Made by a program: the position numbers and the translations under genes. Positions 21,530 through 33,938 of a DNA stretch of 37,250 bases are shown one piece after another. The stretch lies in NCBI RefSeq assembly GCF_001194135.2, contig NC_068988.1, forward strand, positions 39,133,000 through 39,170,249. Direction: 5' to 3'. How positions within the stretch are numbered: position 1 is the stretch's first letter; each line of letters opens with the position of its first letter. The notes under the pieces are model-generated. The model did not search any database. It worked only from the letters and a program-made list of their open reading frames with translations, and was not told where the DNA came from. The DNA comes from Octopus bimaculoides (lineage: Eukaryota).

Positions 21530-21928
21530 GGAATGTCTGTGTGGTAAGTAACTTGCTCTACCAACCACATGGTTCTGGGTTCAGTCCCACTGCGTGGCCT
21601 CTTGGGCAAGTGTCTTCTACAATAGCCTCAGGCCGACCAAAGCCTTGTGAGTGGATTTGGTAGACGGAAACTGAAAGAAGCCCGTCGTATATATGTATAT
21701 ATATGCGTGCGTGTATGTTTGTGTGTCTGTGTTTGTCCCCTTAGCATTGCTTGACAACCGATGCTGGTGTGTTTATGTCCCCGTAACTTAGCGGTTTGGC
21801 AAAAGAGCCGATAGAATAAGTACTAGGCTTACAAAGAATAAGTCCTGAGGTTGATTTGCTCGACTAAAAGTGGTGCTCCAGCATGGCTGCAGTCAAATGA
21901 CTGAAACAATTAAAAGAGTAAAAGAGTA
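21530..21928 (+). mobile_element. SINE family 2, full length (cleanest copy)
   Basis: Head with GGTTCAGTCCC B-box, internal short (TA)/(TG) tract, then GACAACCGATGCTGGTGTGTTTATGTCCCCGTAACTTAGCGGTT...CAGCATGGCTGCAGTCAAATGACTGAAACAATTAAAAGAGTAAAAGAG. Confidence 0.9.
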
Positions 21929-22364
21929 ATCAAACTAGAACCGTTAGAAATTCTTTAGTATAAATTGGAACCTCCTACTATAATAATACTCTCGTGTTTT
22001 TCTCCGTCACAACATATGAATGAGAAAGGAAGGGGTGATAGATGAATAAGGAAAGAAGGGGTGATGGCAAACTGGTAGTGGGAGCATTTCAACTCTGTGT
22101 AAGTATATGTGTGTGTATGTAAAACAGAGATATGTAAATATTTGTGAGTGTGTCGATATAACAAGTGTATTGACAAGTGTATTAATTTGATTTACCATTC
22201 ATATTTACATATAAAATACTTCAATTAGCCGTCATTTTTGACGGCACGGTGCCAGGTAGTTTATCTTATATTTCAATAGTTCAGAAGCTGTGTAACAATA
22301 TTTCTTCTTGCAACTGTAGATCCTATCATTCTATGCACACCTGCTGTGTTTATTAAGTTCTCAC

Positions 22365-22462
22365 CTCTTTCCGTTCACTTTATAAAAGTCTATTTTGGTT
22401 TCCAATGAATCTGAGTGACACTTCTTGTTATCAACATCGCTCCTGGCGTCTCTTCTACGCTT
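22365..22462 (-). CDS. Candidate internal exon (98 bp, phase 0 to 2), KRRRDARSDVDNKKCHSDSLETKIDFYKVNGK
   Basis: Branch-like CTAAC then GGTCTCAG| acceptor; strong donor GAG|GTGAGA. Only phase 0 is open. Protein not recognised. Confidence 0.3.
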
Positions 22463-22719
22463 CTGAGACCGACATGTTAGGATTATTAATTATTTGTAAA
22501 AATCCTACAAAAAAGCACTACACGATTGGGAAATAAAATGATTGCGTTGCTTTTATTACAGAGTGTCGTTAAATAGTTAATGCGATCCATTGTATGGTGA
22601 TTGAACTTCGGTACTCGTGTGATATTCAAAATGTGCTTTTACACACAGGTTTGTTCCTATCTCTGGAAGATTGCAACATGAGGGACAACCACAATTTTAG
22701 GTACATATACGTAAGTCTA

Positions 22720-22749
<30 letters not shown>

Positions 22750-22756
<7 letters not shown>

Positions 22757-23038
22757 CAAACTGCAGGCCTATGGACTTTTCCTGGTTAATTTCTGTTCCT
22801 GTCACCGCATCGTAGTTCCTTAGAGCAGCGACGATTACCTCGATGTGTTTGGTTTTCCACATTACTATGTTGACGCCGTCCCCATACGCTGAAACAGCTG
22901 TCTCACATCTTAGTTCACACGGGATTCCCCTTTCGAAATCTCTTACTTTCGCCGTAGTGGCTCGACCGCAAGAGCGTACAGAAGTCCAACCCTATCTCCG
23001 ACCTACAACACGCCTCAAACAGTCGATTGTCCTTGGTG
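22750..23038 (-). mobile_element. Decayed L1/Tx1-type LINE reverse-transcriptase fragment
   Basis: Minus frames give HQG...LLYALAVEPL, then after a frameshift VSAYGDGVNIVM (YADD-equivalent at 22886-22875) and VIVAALRNYDAVTGTEINQEKSIGLQFG. These match the L1/Tx1 RT motifs QGCPLSPLLYxLAxEPL, YADD and SGAxINxxKS. Confidence 0.8.
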
Positions 23039-23116
23039 CAACCAACAAGCAATTTGAGCCCCATATAGTCAACCATCACTTCTATTTCCGCCTCCTATGG
23101 CTTTCTTGCCGTGCAC

Positions 23117-23182
23117 TGGGGTTTATGTAATCGATTACACCCCTCCTTTAAAATTTTAGGCCTTGTGCCTAGAGAAGAAAGG

Positions 23183-23245
<63 letters not shown>
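23117..23245 (+). mobile_element. SINE family 1, 3' part with long (ATT)n tail
   Basis: GGGGTTTATGTAATCGATTAC...GGCCTTGTGCCTAGAGAAGAAAGG followed by (ATT)n. Confidence 0.85.
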
Positions 23246-23247
<2 letters not shown>

Positions 23248-23311
23248 ATTCAAATTACAACAAACGTAAATAAACAAACGAAGTTTGCTTTTAGAAGCGT
23301 TGAGATGTCTC

Positions 23312-23430
23312 GGCGAACTGGCAGAATCGTTAGCGCGCCGTGCGAAATGACTAGCAGTTGAGTACTAGGGTAGATGTAATCGGCTCATCCCTTCCCCTTG
23401 TGCCTATAGTAGAAAGGATTATTATTATTG
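23312..23430 (+). mobile_element. SINE family 1, internally deleted copy
   Basis: GGCGAACTGGCAGAATCGTTAGCGCGCCG...GAAATG jumps to GTTGAGTACTAGGGTAGATGTAATCG...CCTTGTGCCTATAGTAGAAAGGATTATTATT. Confidence 0.8.
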
Positions 23431-24042
23431 TTGTTGTTGCTGCAGTTGTTGATATTATTCATACGTTTCAGTTTCGAACCATGAAACCCAGTAAGAATTG
23501 TTGGTTACGCATGCTACAAACCTCCAAAGAGTTTACTTCGCAACCAATTAAAAGCCTTTCTATATCTAATGTAAATACCAGTCTTTACACTGAGGTGATA
23601 TTTCTTGTTTTGTGTTCAGCTGTTTACTATTCCATACATTAATTAATAAATATATGAAATTATTAATAATAAAACTATCTAAATCGTAGGGAAAGGAAAT
23701 ATCTAAGAAACATCACATCATCACCATAGGCTCCCATATTCTCGTTACATTAACAACATATTCCTTAATGGTACATGCTGTTCAGAAAGAAATATGACCT
23801 ATTATTATTATTGATATTATTATAATTTTTCTTTTTGTATATCTGTCTCTCCGCTATTAGCTCTCTTGTCCTCACCACTTCTCTCTCTCCGTCTTTACGA
23901 TTCGCATACATTCTATTTTCCTTTCTATATGGCACTTACTATTGTGGTTATCGGTATACCTTCCTAAAACCTACCTACTTACCTACCTACCAACTTCTCT
24001 CTCACTCTCTCTGTCTATCTAAATGTTTGTCTTTATGTTCAG

Positions 24043-24267
24043 TTATAATACTTTCTACTAAAGGCACAAGGCCTGAAACTTGTGTGGAAGTGACTAGTCG
24101 ATCACATCGACCCCAGTGCGTTACTGGCTGGTACTTATTTCATCGACTCCGAAAAGATGAAAGCCAATGTTGACCTCGGCGGAATTTGAACTCAGAACGT
24201 AAAAACGGACAAAATGCCGCTAAACATATTGCTCGATGTGCTAACGATTCTGCCAGCTCACCGCCTT
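24043..24267 (-). mobile_element. SINE family 1, full length
   Basis: Minus strand AGGCGGTGAGCTGGCAGAATCGTTAGCAC...GAGTTCAAATTCCGCCGAGG...GTCGATGAAATAAGTACCAG...CAGGCCTTGTGCCTTTAGTAGAAAG. Confidence 0.9.
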
Positions 24268-24422
24268 AAATGGTCAGTTATAAAAAAAAAAAAAGAAAAA
24301 AAAAGAGAATTTTACATTAACCTGATGGATTACTCTATACTTTTGTAGGATACCAATTTGTTATTCTTATACGAGAATGTTGTTGATAGTGACGTCGAAG
24401 TTTCAGCCAGTTAAGCCATCGT

Positions 24423-24481
<59 letters not shown>

Positions 24482-25784
24482 CCTATCTGTCTGTCTGTCT
24501 GTCTGTCTCGTGAAATAAGTAAAAGGATAACACATTATATATAAAGCGACACACTTGCATACACAATGTGCGCGCGCGCGCAATAAATATATACATATAT
24601 ATTTACGAATATATAATTATAAATGTATATTAATTATACATACGCACACACATTCACGCACACATACGGGCTTCCTGAAGCATTTTGACTTACAATTCGA
24701 AACATTTTCCTGCCCCCGTTTAACCACCCCAACCACGCACACACACACACACACATGCGCCTCGACCTGACCCCCCTCTTCATATCATTAACGCTACCCA
24801 ATACCATGTTTTGATTTGTCACTCTCGATAAGTCATCGTTTGAACCTATAGGACACCGGAAACCACTGAACAGGAAAATTACGCCCCCATCATTTATCAC
24901 AACGATACACCCTTCTCTACACCCGGAATACTTGCTACCAAATACATTACTTCGACTTTCATATATCCTCCCCTTAGCCAACAACCAGTATTCGCTGACA
25001 CTAAGGGTCACTAATGCCTGATCTGTCAGAAAATTTCGCTCCTGTTTCCCCCTTTTAAAGCTACTGAAACACACTCCCTTAACGTCAGAGCCAACAAGAG
25101 AATCTATATGCGGCGTTTCGAATTGTCAGAAATAGTAACCAGATCCTTTTAGATAAGATCTTCCTTTCTTGAAACAGGAAGGATACATCTACCAATGGAG
25201 TCGTAATCGTAAATATACAAGAAGGTTGGATAGTGGAAGGTTTGAACGTCTTATCTGTAATCGTAGGTCTGCTTGATCAGGTCTGATTTATGACTACAGA
25301 ATCACGTCCTCTACGAGGTCACTAGGTGTGTTAGAAATAACAGCTTAACCTCACTCAAATTACATTGAACAATCTGTAAAAGATGAGACACGCATTGATT
25401 AATGATGTCTTTGATTTTTTGTCCTTGACTGGGCAAAAAATATTAGGATAGTTATTCAAGGAATGTCTCTGGCCGTAGTCTTGTTGGCTTAGAGTTGATC
25501 TAGGTCAAGCAAATGCATTACAACCATCATCTTCAAAGGTAATTTTACGAGGCGGAGCAAAACTTCTGTTAAGAGCTTTGGGTCGAGAGTAGTTTTCTTA
25601 AAATTTAAGATTTAGTTTCTAAATGCGATTTAATTTCTCTGTTAAGTATTTTCAATAGAGAAAATGCTATAATAAAACTCATAGGTCCATCCTTCACCTG
25701 GACCGATGTAGCGGCTGAAACTCTTCTCTTATAGTCCCTAGCAGTAGCAGAAACAGTTACCACATCACGATATCAAGAGAGATC

Positions 25785-25890
25785 CACTTACTATGTGTTC
25801 ACTGGACTTACAAAAAATATCAGCTAGATCTTCCTCAAATTACAACTCGGTGTATTAAAAAGGGTGGAACACATTGAATAATGTAGTCCC
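25785..25890 (-). repeat. Old dispersed repeat (family 5) copy; further copies at 25085-25210 and 25310-25410
   Basis: Plus strand CAGCTAGATCTTCCTCAAATTACA...AACACATTGAATAATGTAGTCC is the diverged reverse complement of 945-1055. Confidence 0.6.
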
Positions 25891-26329
25891 TGCTGGATAA
25901 TGCCAGCGTGGGGGACGGTGCGATTTTGGCTGGAAAGCCTTTAGTTACAGGACGAAACAACCACAACGACAAAATGGTAAAATATCAGCGGGAAGAAAAA
26001 TAAACTCTGATCAAACTTCTGCAATCTGAATTAATGATCTTTTTTATTTTTTTCATTGTTTTAGCTATGATATTGAATTTGATGTGATTTTTGTTTTTTA
26101 TATACTGTCTGTGCTCCAATATAGCCTCAGCTCGCAGGCTGAAATGGGCAAACGTAATGTCTTTACATGAATAGCGCTCTCATTGTGTGCTACATCATGA
26201 ATTGTCAGTTGATAAACTATTTAAAATATGTGTTTAACCACTTAATAAATAAGCTATTAAAATAAAATGTGACATTTTTTTGGAACAATAGAAATCCGTG
26301 GGTTCTGACAAATTCGACGGACTCGCTTT

Positions 26330-26928
26330 AACAACCGATTCGAAACGTTCCTTTAAATCACCGTTCGATGAGCTCCTTAAAACCTTTGCTTGTCTTGTGA
26401 GTCACGTGATGCACAGGACATATTTCCCTGGCGCCCACCCATGTATATGATAAACGTTCCCAGTTGTTTTTAACCTGTGACAGTAACTTAGGACGTATGA
26501 AATGGAAGCTTTATGTTACCCATAACATATAACTAAATTTTGAAAAGATGCATGGACGTTTAGAACTAACTCATGAAATAACTGGATAGGCACTGAGTTA
26601 AATGACCAATTCGAAAAGCAAGCTTCTTTAAATCAGCGTTCGATGAGCTCCCTTAATCCTTTGCGTGTCTTGTGAGTCACGTGATACACAGAACATATCC
26701 ACGTATCGTATATAGTAGACATTCCCAATTTTTTTCAACAACCATAATAGCTTGGCACTTATGAAAGGAAAGTTTTATATTACTCAGAATGTATGTGACA
26801 AGAACTAACTAAAAGTTTGAAAAGAATCATGGACGTTTTGAACTAACTTAAAATGCTTTGGATAGGCACAGAGTTAAACGATAGATTCGAAAAGCTCTTT
26901 CAAGTCCCCGGTCCGACGGCTCCCTTAA
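26330..26928. repeat. Diverged tandem repeat, ~275-bp unit, ~2.2 copies
   Basis: ATTCGAAA at 26338, 26609 and 26885; TGTCTTGTGAGTCACGTGAT at 26391 and 26666. CATGGACGTTT...GAACTAACT and TGGATAGGCAC(T/A)GAGTTAAA each occur twice. Confidence 0.85.
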
Positions 26929-27334
26929 TTGAGTGATTCAACAAGTTCCTTAGTTCGATGCTTGCCAGCTCGATCGTAGGTGAACTAGGGCCAGAAAACA
27001 ACAACGTCAAAGAAAAAAAAAAAGAAAGAAAGAAAAACGGAAAAAATACTAGAAAAATAATGTACCAATAATAGAATTCTTACGAGGTCGCTCGTTGCCC
27101 AGAAATATCCAGTAAATTATCTCTCAAATAACGTCAACTGATCTTAGAAAGGGGGAAAGAAATAAAATAGAGATAATATAGTCCTGGGGCGGGGGATGGG
27201 GGATTGTAGCAAGTGGGGTGAGGTGGAATGGGATGGGATGGGCTGGGGCGGAGAGAAATAAACAGGATGGTCGCATTCGAAATGTCCGGTTTCTGAGATT
27301 CTTGATCAAAATTGACCTGAAGCTAAATAACAGC

Positions 27335-27496
27335 AATAACAACAAGAGCAGCAAAAAAAAGAGGGTAAAGAAGAAGAAGAAGAAGAAGAAGAAGAAGAAG
27401 ATGAAGAAGAAGAAGAATAAAGAGAAGAAGAAGAAGAAGAAAGAGAAGAAGAAGAAGAAGAAGAAGAAGAAGAAGAAGAAGAAGAAGAAGAAGAAA

Positions 27497-27531
<35 letters not shown>
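27335..27531. repeat. Compound trinucleotide tract (CAA/CAG)-(GAA)n-(TGA)n
   Basis: Directly visible. Confidence 0.95.
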
Positions 27532-27532
<1 letters not shown>

Positions 27533-27852
27533 GTATGAAACAGCCAAAGTGCCTTTTCGGTTTAGCACGTACCCGATAATGTCACATTCTGTTACACCCA
27601 ATGACCTGTTTTTGTACCCAAGAATGTCGGGTGTAGCCAATTCACAGTACATCACTGCCTTGTCTTTATCTCTTAATTGATGCGAACACAAAGACAAACA
27701 AACAGATAATTACAGATATTTCTTTACATACAAAAGCATAGAAAAGTTTATATGCAGACGCACATGATTTCTTACTCTCTCTCTCGCTCTCTTTCTCTCT
27801 CTCTCGCTCTCTTTCTCTCTCTCTCGCTCTCTTTCTCTCTCTCTCGCTCTCT

Positions 27853-27892
<40 letters not shown>

Positions 27893-27902
27893 NNNNNNNN
27901 NN

Positions 27903-27950
<48 letters not shown>

Positions 27951-27967
27951 AAGTATGTATTTGTCTG

Positions 27968-28002
<35 letters not shown>

Positions 28003-28501
28003 ATGTCCGTGTATGTATGTACACACACACATATACATGTATATATACATGCAGATACACATACACACACACATATGTACATATATGCATGCAGACATAT
28101 AGCACACGCATACGCACTGGCAGAGACACACACACACGCTTATACACGCGCAAGCATGCACACACATATACGTATAAGCATTATTTTTTCAAGACTAATC
28201 TAGGATTAAGCAGAGAATCCATGCTTATGATGTTTTCGACTCAGTGTGCATGGTAACACAAATGACATAATATACACACTGTATGTATGTACACGCCGTG
28301 ATGCATATATATGCCTCGATATGTACCTGAGTGCATTGAACTAGACATATATGGAGTCCTTTATGTGTATATATCTGTGTTTGTATCTGTTTGTATACCT
28401 ACCTTTCAATCTATCTATCTGTCTGACGGTCTATCTGCCTGCTTGTCTATCTATCTGTCACTCAACCTGTTACCGTGCATCTATATTCACAATATATTCA
28501 T

Positions 28502-28732
28502 ATAATATTAATCCTTTCTACTACAGGCACAAGGCCTGAAATTTTGGGAGAGGGGACTAGTCGATTACATCGACCCCCACCCCACCTCCAGTGTTTCGCT
28601 GGCACTTAATTTATCGACTCCGAAAGGATGAAAGGCAAGGTCGACCTCGGCGAAATTTAAACTTAGAACGTAGCGACAGTCGAAATACCGGTGAGCATTT
28701 CGTCCGGCTAACGATTCTGCCAGCTCGCCGCG
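28502..28732 (-). mobile_element. SINE family 1, full length
   Basis: Plus strand AATCCTTTCTACTACAGGCACAAGGCCTGAAATT...GTCGACCTCGGCGAAATTTAAACTTAGAACG...GCTAACGATTCTGCCAGCTCGCCGC. Confidence 0.9.
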
Positions 28733-28797
28733 TTATACATATAATATCAATGGGTAAACATATATATGTGTGTGTTTATATATATATATATATATAT

Positions 28798-28991
28798 ATT
28801 CTTTCTTTACTTGTTTCAGTTATTTGACTGCTGACATGCTGGGGCACCGCCTTTAGCCGAGCAAATCCACCCCAGGGCTTATTCCTTGTAAGCCTAATAC
28901 TTATTCTTTCAGTCACTTTAGCTGAACCACTAAGTTACTGGGATTTAAAAAAAACAGCATCGGTTGTCAAGCGATGTTGGGGAGGGGACAA

Positions 28992-29028
<37 letters not shown>

Positions 29029-29178
29029 CGACAAGCTTCTTTCAGTTTCCGTCTACCAAACCCACTCACAAGGCTTTGGCCGGCCCGAGGCTATAGTAGA
29101 TGATACTTGCCCAAAGTTCCATGCAGTGGGACTGAACCCGGAACCATGTGGTTGGTGAGCAAGCTACTACAACAAGGC
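28798..29178 (-). mobile_element. SINE family 2, full length
   Basis: Both halves are present around an internal (CA)n(TA)n tract. The head reads GCAGTGGGACTGAACCCGGAACCATGTGGTTGG on the plus strand. Confidence 0.9.
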
Positions 29179-29300
29179 TGCAAAAACATCACAAAACTAT
29201 TATTTAGCATTTTACGTTCCCGTTCGCCGGACAGTTTTGGTTGAGAAACTGTCCGATGAATGGGAACGTAAATAAAGCATGTTACTCTACCATTGCACCT

Positions 29301-29374
<74 letters not shown>

Positions 29375-30265
29375 CANNNNNNNNNNNNNNNNNNNNNNNN
29401 NNNNNNNNNNNNNNNNNNNNNNNNNNNNNNNNNNNNNNNNNNNNNNNNNNNNNNNNNNNNNNNNNNNNNNNNNNNNNNNNNNNNNNNNNNNNNNNNNNNN
29501 NNNNNNNNNNNNNNNNNNNNNNNNNNNNNNNNNNNNNNNNNNNNNNNNNNNNNNNNNNNNNNNNNNNNNNNNNNNNNNNNNNNNNNNNGAATACATACAT
29601 ACATACATACTTATTACGTATATATTCATTCATATGCACGTTACCACTGGTTTCGTGGTTCTAAAAGAATGCAATACTCATTACGTTCACATTTTGCGCA
29701 TAAACTCATACTCAAAGCAACAGCAGTGATATTATTTCAGAAAAGTAACCCTGACTCAAGGGCATAGACATTATACTTCATATGATCTTTTTTACATACT
29801 TCACAATCATTTGAATTTTAATGTAGCTTTTTTTTTTTTTTATCAAACATCGTAGAAAGGGATTTTAAACGTAGTAGAAAGGGATTTTATAATACCCAAA
29901 TCGCTATTCTACCCTCAACTATTATAAATTCATCCTGAATTTTATCGACTTGAAAACGGATCAAAGACAAAGGCAAATTCGTCGCCATTGAATTAAAAAC
30001 AGAAATCAATCCACTTATGCATACATGGCCAGGCAATTTTTCCAACAAACTATTGTCTCTACTACAAGCGAAGAGATGGAAGAAAATACAATTCTTGGTG
30101 TATATTGAATGTGTATCTTCATTTTTCTAATTGTATTTCTGGAAATAAAAGCACTGTAATCTGGGATTAAGTGGAGAATACATGTTTATAAATTTATATG
30201 GATCAGTTTGAATAGTAACACAAATGACAGGATATACGTACTGTACAGGCACACACACACACACA

Positions 30266-30315
<50 letters not shown>

Positions 30316-30596
30316 AATACATATATGCGCCTATTTATGTACCTGGGTGCATCAAGCTAGTGTTAGTAAGTATAGATTCACGTATGCATGCATGCATGTA
30401 TGNNNNNNNNNNTGCGCCTATTTATGTACCTGGGTGCATCAAGCTAGTGTTAGTAAGTATAGATTCACGTATGCATGCATGCATGTATGTATGTGTGTGT
30501 GTGTATGTATGTATGTATGTATGTATGTATGTATGTATGTATGTATGTATGGATGGATGGATGTGTCTGTGCATGTATCTATGCATATAGCTATCC

Positions 30597-30915
30597 TTTT
30601 ATTCATTTACAGGCTTCAGTCATTTGACTGCGGCCATGCTGAAGCACCACCTCAAAAGGTTTTTATTGTCGAAGAAATCGACTCCAGGGCTTATTCTTCG
30701 TAAACCTAGTACTTATTCTGTCACCCTCTTTGCTGAACCGCTAAGTTGCGGGGACGTAAACACACCAACATCGGTTGTCAAGCATTGGTGGGGGAAAACA
30801 CAGACACACGTAAATCCACACACACACACACACATACGCACACATATACACACATACGCGCGCACACGCACACACATACACACACACACACACACAAGAC
30901 GGACTGCTTTCAGTG
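30597..30915 (-). mobile_element. SINE family 2, 5'-truncated
   Basis: CTTCAGTCATTTGACTGCGGCCATGCTG...GGGGACGTAAACACACCAACATCGGTTGTCAAGC...(CA)n...GACGGACTGCTTTCAGT. Confidence 0.85.
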
Positions 30916-31000
30916 TTCTTAACACACAGCCACGCCTGCGCCTATCTATCTGACAATCTGTTTGCTTTTCTCTCTGTCAAATTTTGTGACTGCCCATCTG

Positions 31001-31051
<51 letters not shown>

Positions 31052-31231
31052 AATGCGTACAACCAGGAAATAAGTGCGGTCTTTATTTCAGATATACCTT
31101 TCCAGGTTCACTACGGATATACACAATGGTGCGCACACATCCATATGCACACACACAAATGCATGTCCATTTATACACACACACATACACGCGCACGCGC
31201 GCTCACACACACACACATATATATACATACG

Positions 31232-31674
31232 AGCAGGTGTGGTTGTGCGGTATGAAGCTTGCTTCCCAACCGCATGCTTTCAGGTTCAGTTCCACTGCGT
31301 GGCACCTTGGGCAAGTCTCTTCTATAACCTTGGGCCGACCGAAGCCTTGTGAGCGGATTTGGTAGACAGAAACTGAAAGAAGCTTGTCCTATGTATATAT
31401 GTGTGTGTATGTGTGTTTATATATATATGCGTGTACGTGTGTGTATATATATGTATATGTTGTGTGTCTGCGTTGCCCCTTCAACCATTGCTTGACAACC
31501 GATGTTACTGTGTTTACATACCCGTAACTTAGCGGTTCAACCAAAGAGAACGATGGAATAAGTACAAGGCTTACAGAGAATAAGTCCTAGGGTCGATTTG
31601 CTATACTAAAACCCTTCAAAGTGGTATTCCGATATAGCCGCAGCCAAATGACTGTAACAAGTAAAAGAATAAAA
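31232..31674 (+). mobile_element. SINE family 2, full length
   Basis: GCAGGTGTGGTTGTGCGG...GGTTCAGTTCCACTGCGTGGCACCTTGGGCAAGT...(TA/TG)n...CAAATGACTGTAACAAGTAAAAGAATAAAA. Confidence 0.9.
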
Positions 31675-32265
31675 TATATTTATATATGTATATATGTGTG
31701 TGTGTATATATATATATATACATANNNNNNNNNNNNNNNNNNNNNNNNNNNNNNNNNNNNNNNNNNNNNNNNNNNNNNNNNNNNNNNNNNNNNNNNNNNN
31801 NNNNNNNNNNNNNNNNNNNNNNNNNNNNNNNNNNNNNNNNNNNNNNNNNNNNNNNNNNNNNNNNNNNNNNNNNNNNNNNNNNNNNNNNNNNNNNNNNNNN
31901 NNNNNNNNNNNNNNNNNNNNNNNNNNNNNNNNNNNNNNNNNNNNNNNNNNNNNNNNNNNNNNNNNNNNNNNNNNNNNNNNNNNNNNNNNNNNNNNNNNNN
32001 NNNNNNNNNNNNNNNNNNNNNNNNNNNNNNNNNNNNNNNNNNNNNNNNNNNNNNNNNNNNNNNNNNNNNNNNNNNNNNNNNNNNNNNNNNNNNNNNNNNN
32101 NNNNNNNNNNNNNNNNNNNNNNNNNNNNNNNNNNNNNNNNNNNNNNNNNNNNNNNNNNNNNNNNNNNNNNNNNNNNNNNNNATGCCCAGGCTCTATGTGT
32201 ATGTTAGCATTGTAGCCGTTCCTAACGCTAACCACTTTACAGAGTGTACTGGTTGCTTTTGTGTG

Positions 32266-32310
<45 letters not shown>

Positions 32311-33796
32311 TATATACGCATGCGTATTGAAATAAGTACCGAGGCACGCAACTGCAGCATTCTGAAAATAAAAACGTAAAGACACACCCATGGTTTCCCC
32401 TCTTCATTAACACACAGGCACTCGCATGTATATAATGAAACCACCACAAGCTTAAAAAGAAAAAGAACAGAAAAACAAAAGAGGAACTAAAACTTCACGC
32501 GTGTTTCTAAATATTGACACTGCTATACACTTCACGAACGTACGTATTCATAAACACTCGCAGATACACACGTATGCAGGAAGGCACTTACATGTATGAA
32601 CGTAACACATATGTATACATGTTAGTGTATATATGTATATATATATTTATATATATATCAAACAATAAGCAACACGGATTTCAAAAGTGATTGCAGTACG
32701 CACGTTTCATGCTACTTCAATTTATTTAAGTAATGTGAGCATTACCTTAAATGCAATATGAAGAGCAATCTTCAGCTGCACGAAAAAATGCAGAAGAAAG
32801 ACATATTANNNNNNNNNNAACTAAAACTTCACGCGTGTTTCTAAATATTGACACTGCTATACACTTCACGAACGTACGTATTCATAAACACTCGCAGATA
32901 CACACGTATGCAGGAAGGCACTTACATGTATGAACGTAACACATATGTATACATGTTAGTGTATATATGTATATATATATTTATATATATATCAAACAAT
33001 AAGCAACACGGATTTCAAAAGTGATTGCAGTACGCACGTTTCATGCTACTTCAATTTATTTAAGTAATGTGAGCATTACCTTAAATGCAATATGAAGAGC
33101 AATCTTCAGCTGCACGAAAAAATGCAGAAGAAAGACATATTACAAATGTGGCAACATATTAAAACCAAGTGGGAGAGAGCATATGCATAAGTATGTATGT
33201 TTGTATGTGTATATATATAATATAATAAATATAATATAATATATATTGTGTATATCTAAACACAAATATACATATAATCATAAACCGCAGGGACATATAC
33301 ACATACACTACCACTTCGTTGTATTAACATTTCATATCGTGATACACAAATATATCGTTTCATATGAACCAGGAACTATGTCGTAGTTACACCACTGGGA
33401 ATAAATCTGAAATAAGCCAAAATAAAACAAAATCATGATGACATGATGAATGGTGTCGATGTAATTGACTCTGAATCTACGTATATACACGTGTAAATGT
33501 GTTTCCTTAAGTACTTTTCATAATCCGTTTTTGTGTGTAGATGTATGTGCTTGTACGTGTTTCTATGTCTGTCTACGTGTGTGTTGATATTCTGGTTCTT
33601 GTATGTATTTTAATCTTATACATACACACAATTATTTATACAAGCATTAATTTAATTACTCTGTTGGTTTTACATCTGTAAGAGAGAATTATTCCGTACA
33701 TAGTTACTTCATAGTAAATCAGTTTATTTCGTAGTAATGAAGAAACAAATCAAAGAATTCAAACTGCAAATACGTGTTTCGTATCTTTTAGAAAGG

Positions 33797-33938
33797 AAAT
33801 TCCATAGAGGTCGACTTTGTCTTTCATCATTTTGGGATCGATAAAATAAGTACTAGTCAAGTACTAGAGGGCGACGAAATCGATTATCCCCCTCCCCTAA
33901 GATTTCAGGCCTTGTGCCTATAGTAGAAAGGACTATTT
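33797..33938 (+). mobile_element. SINE family 1, 5'-truncated
   Basis: AAATTCCATAGAGGTCGACTTTGTCTTTCATCATTTTGGGATCGATAAAATAAGTAC...CAGGCCTTGTGCCTATAGTAGAAAGG. Confidence 0.85.

Noticed and set aside
30324-30483. ~80-bp direct repeat
   Set aside because: Exact duplicate flanking a 10-N gap; artefact.
32487-33140. ~320-bp exact tandem duplication
   Set aside because: Identical copies separated only by a 10-N gap; unmerged overlap rather than biology.
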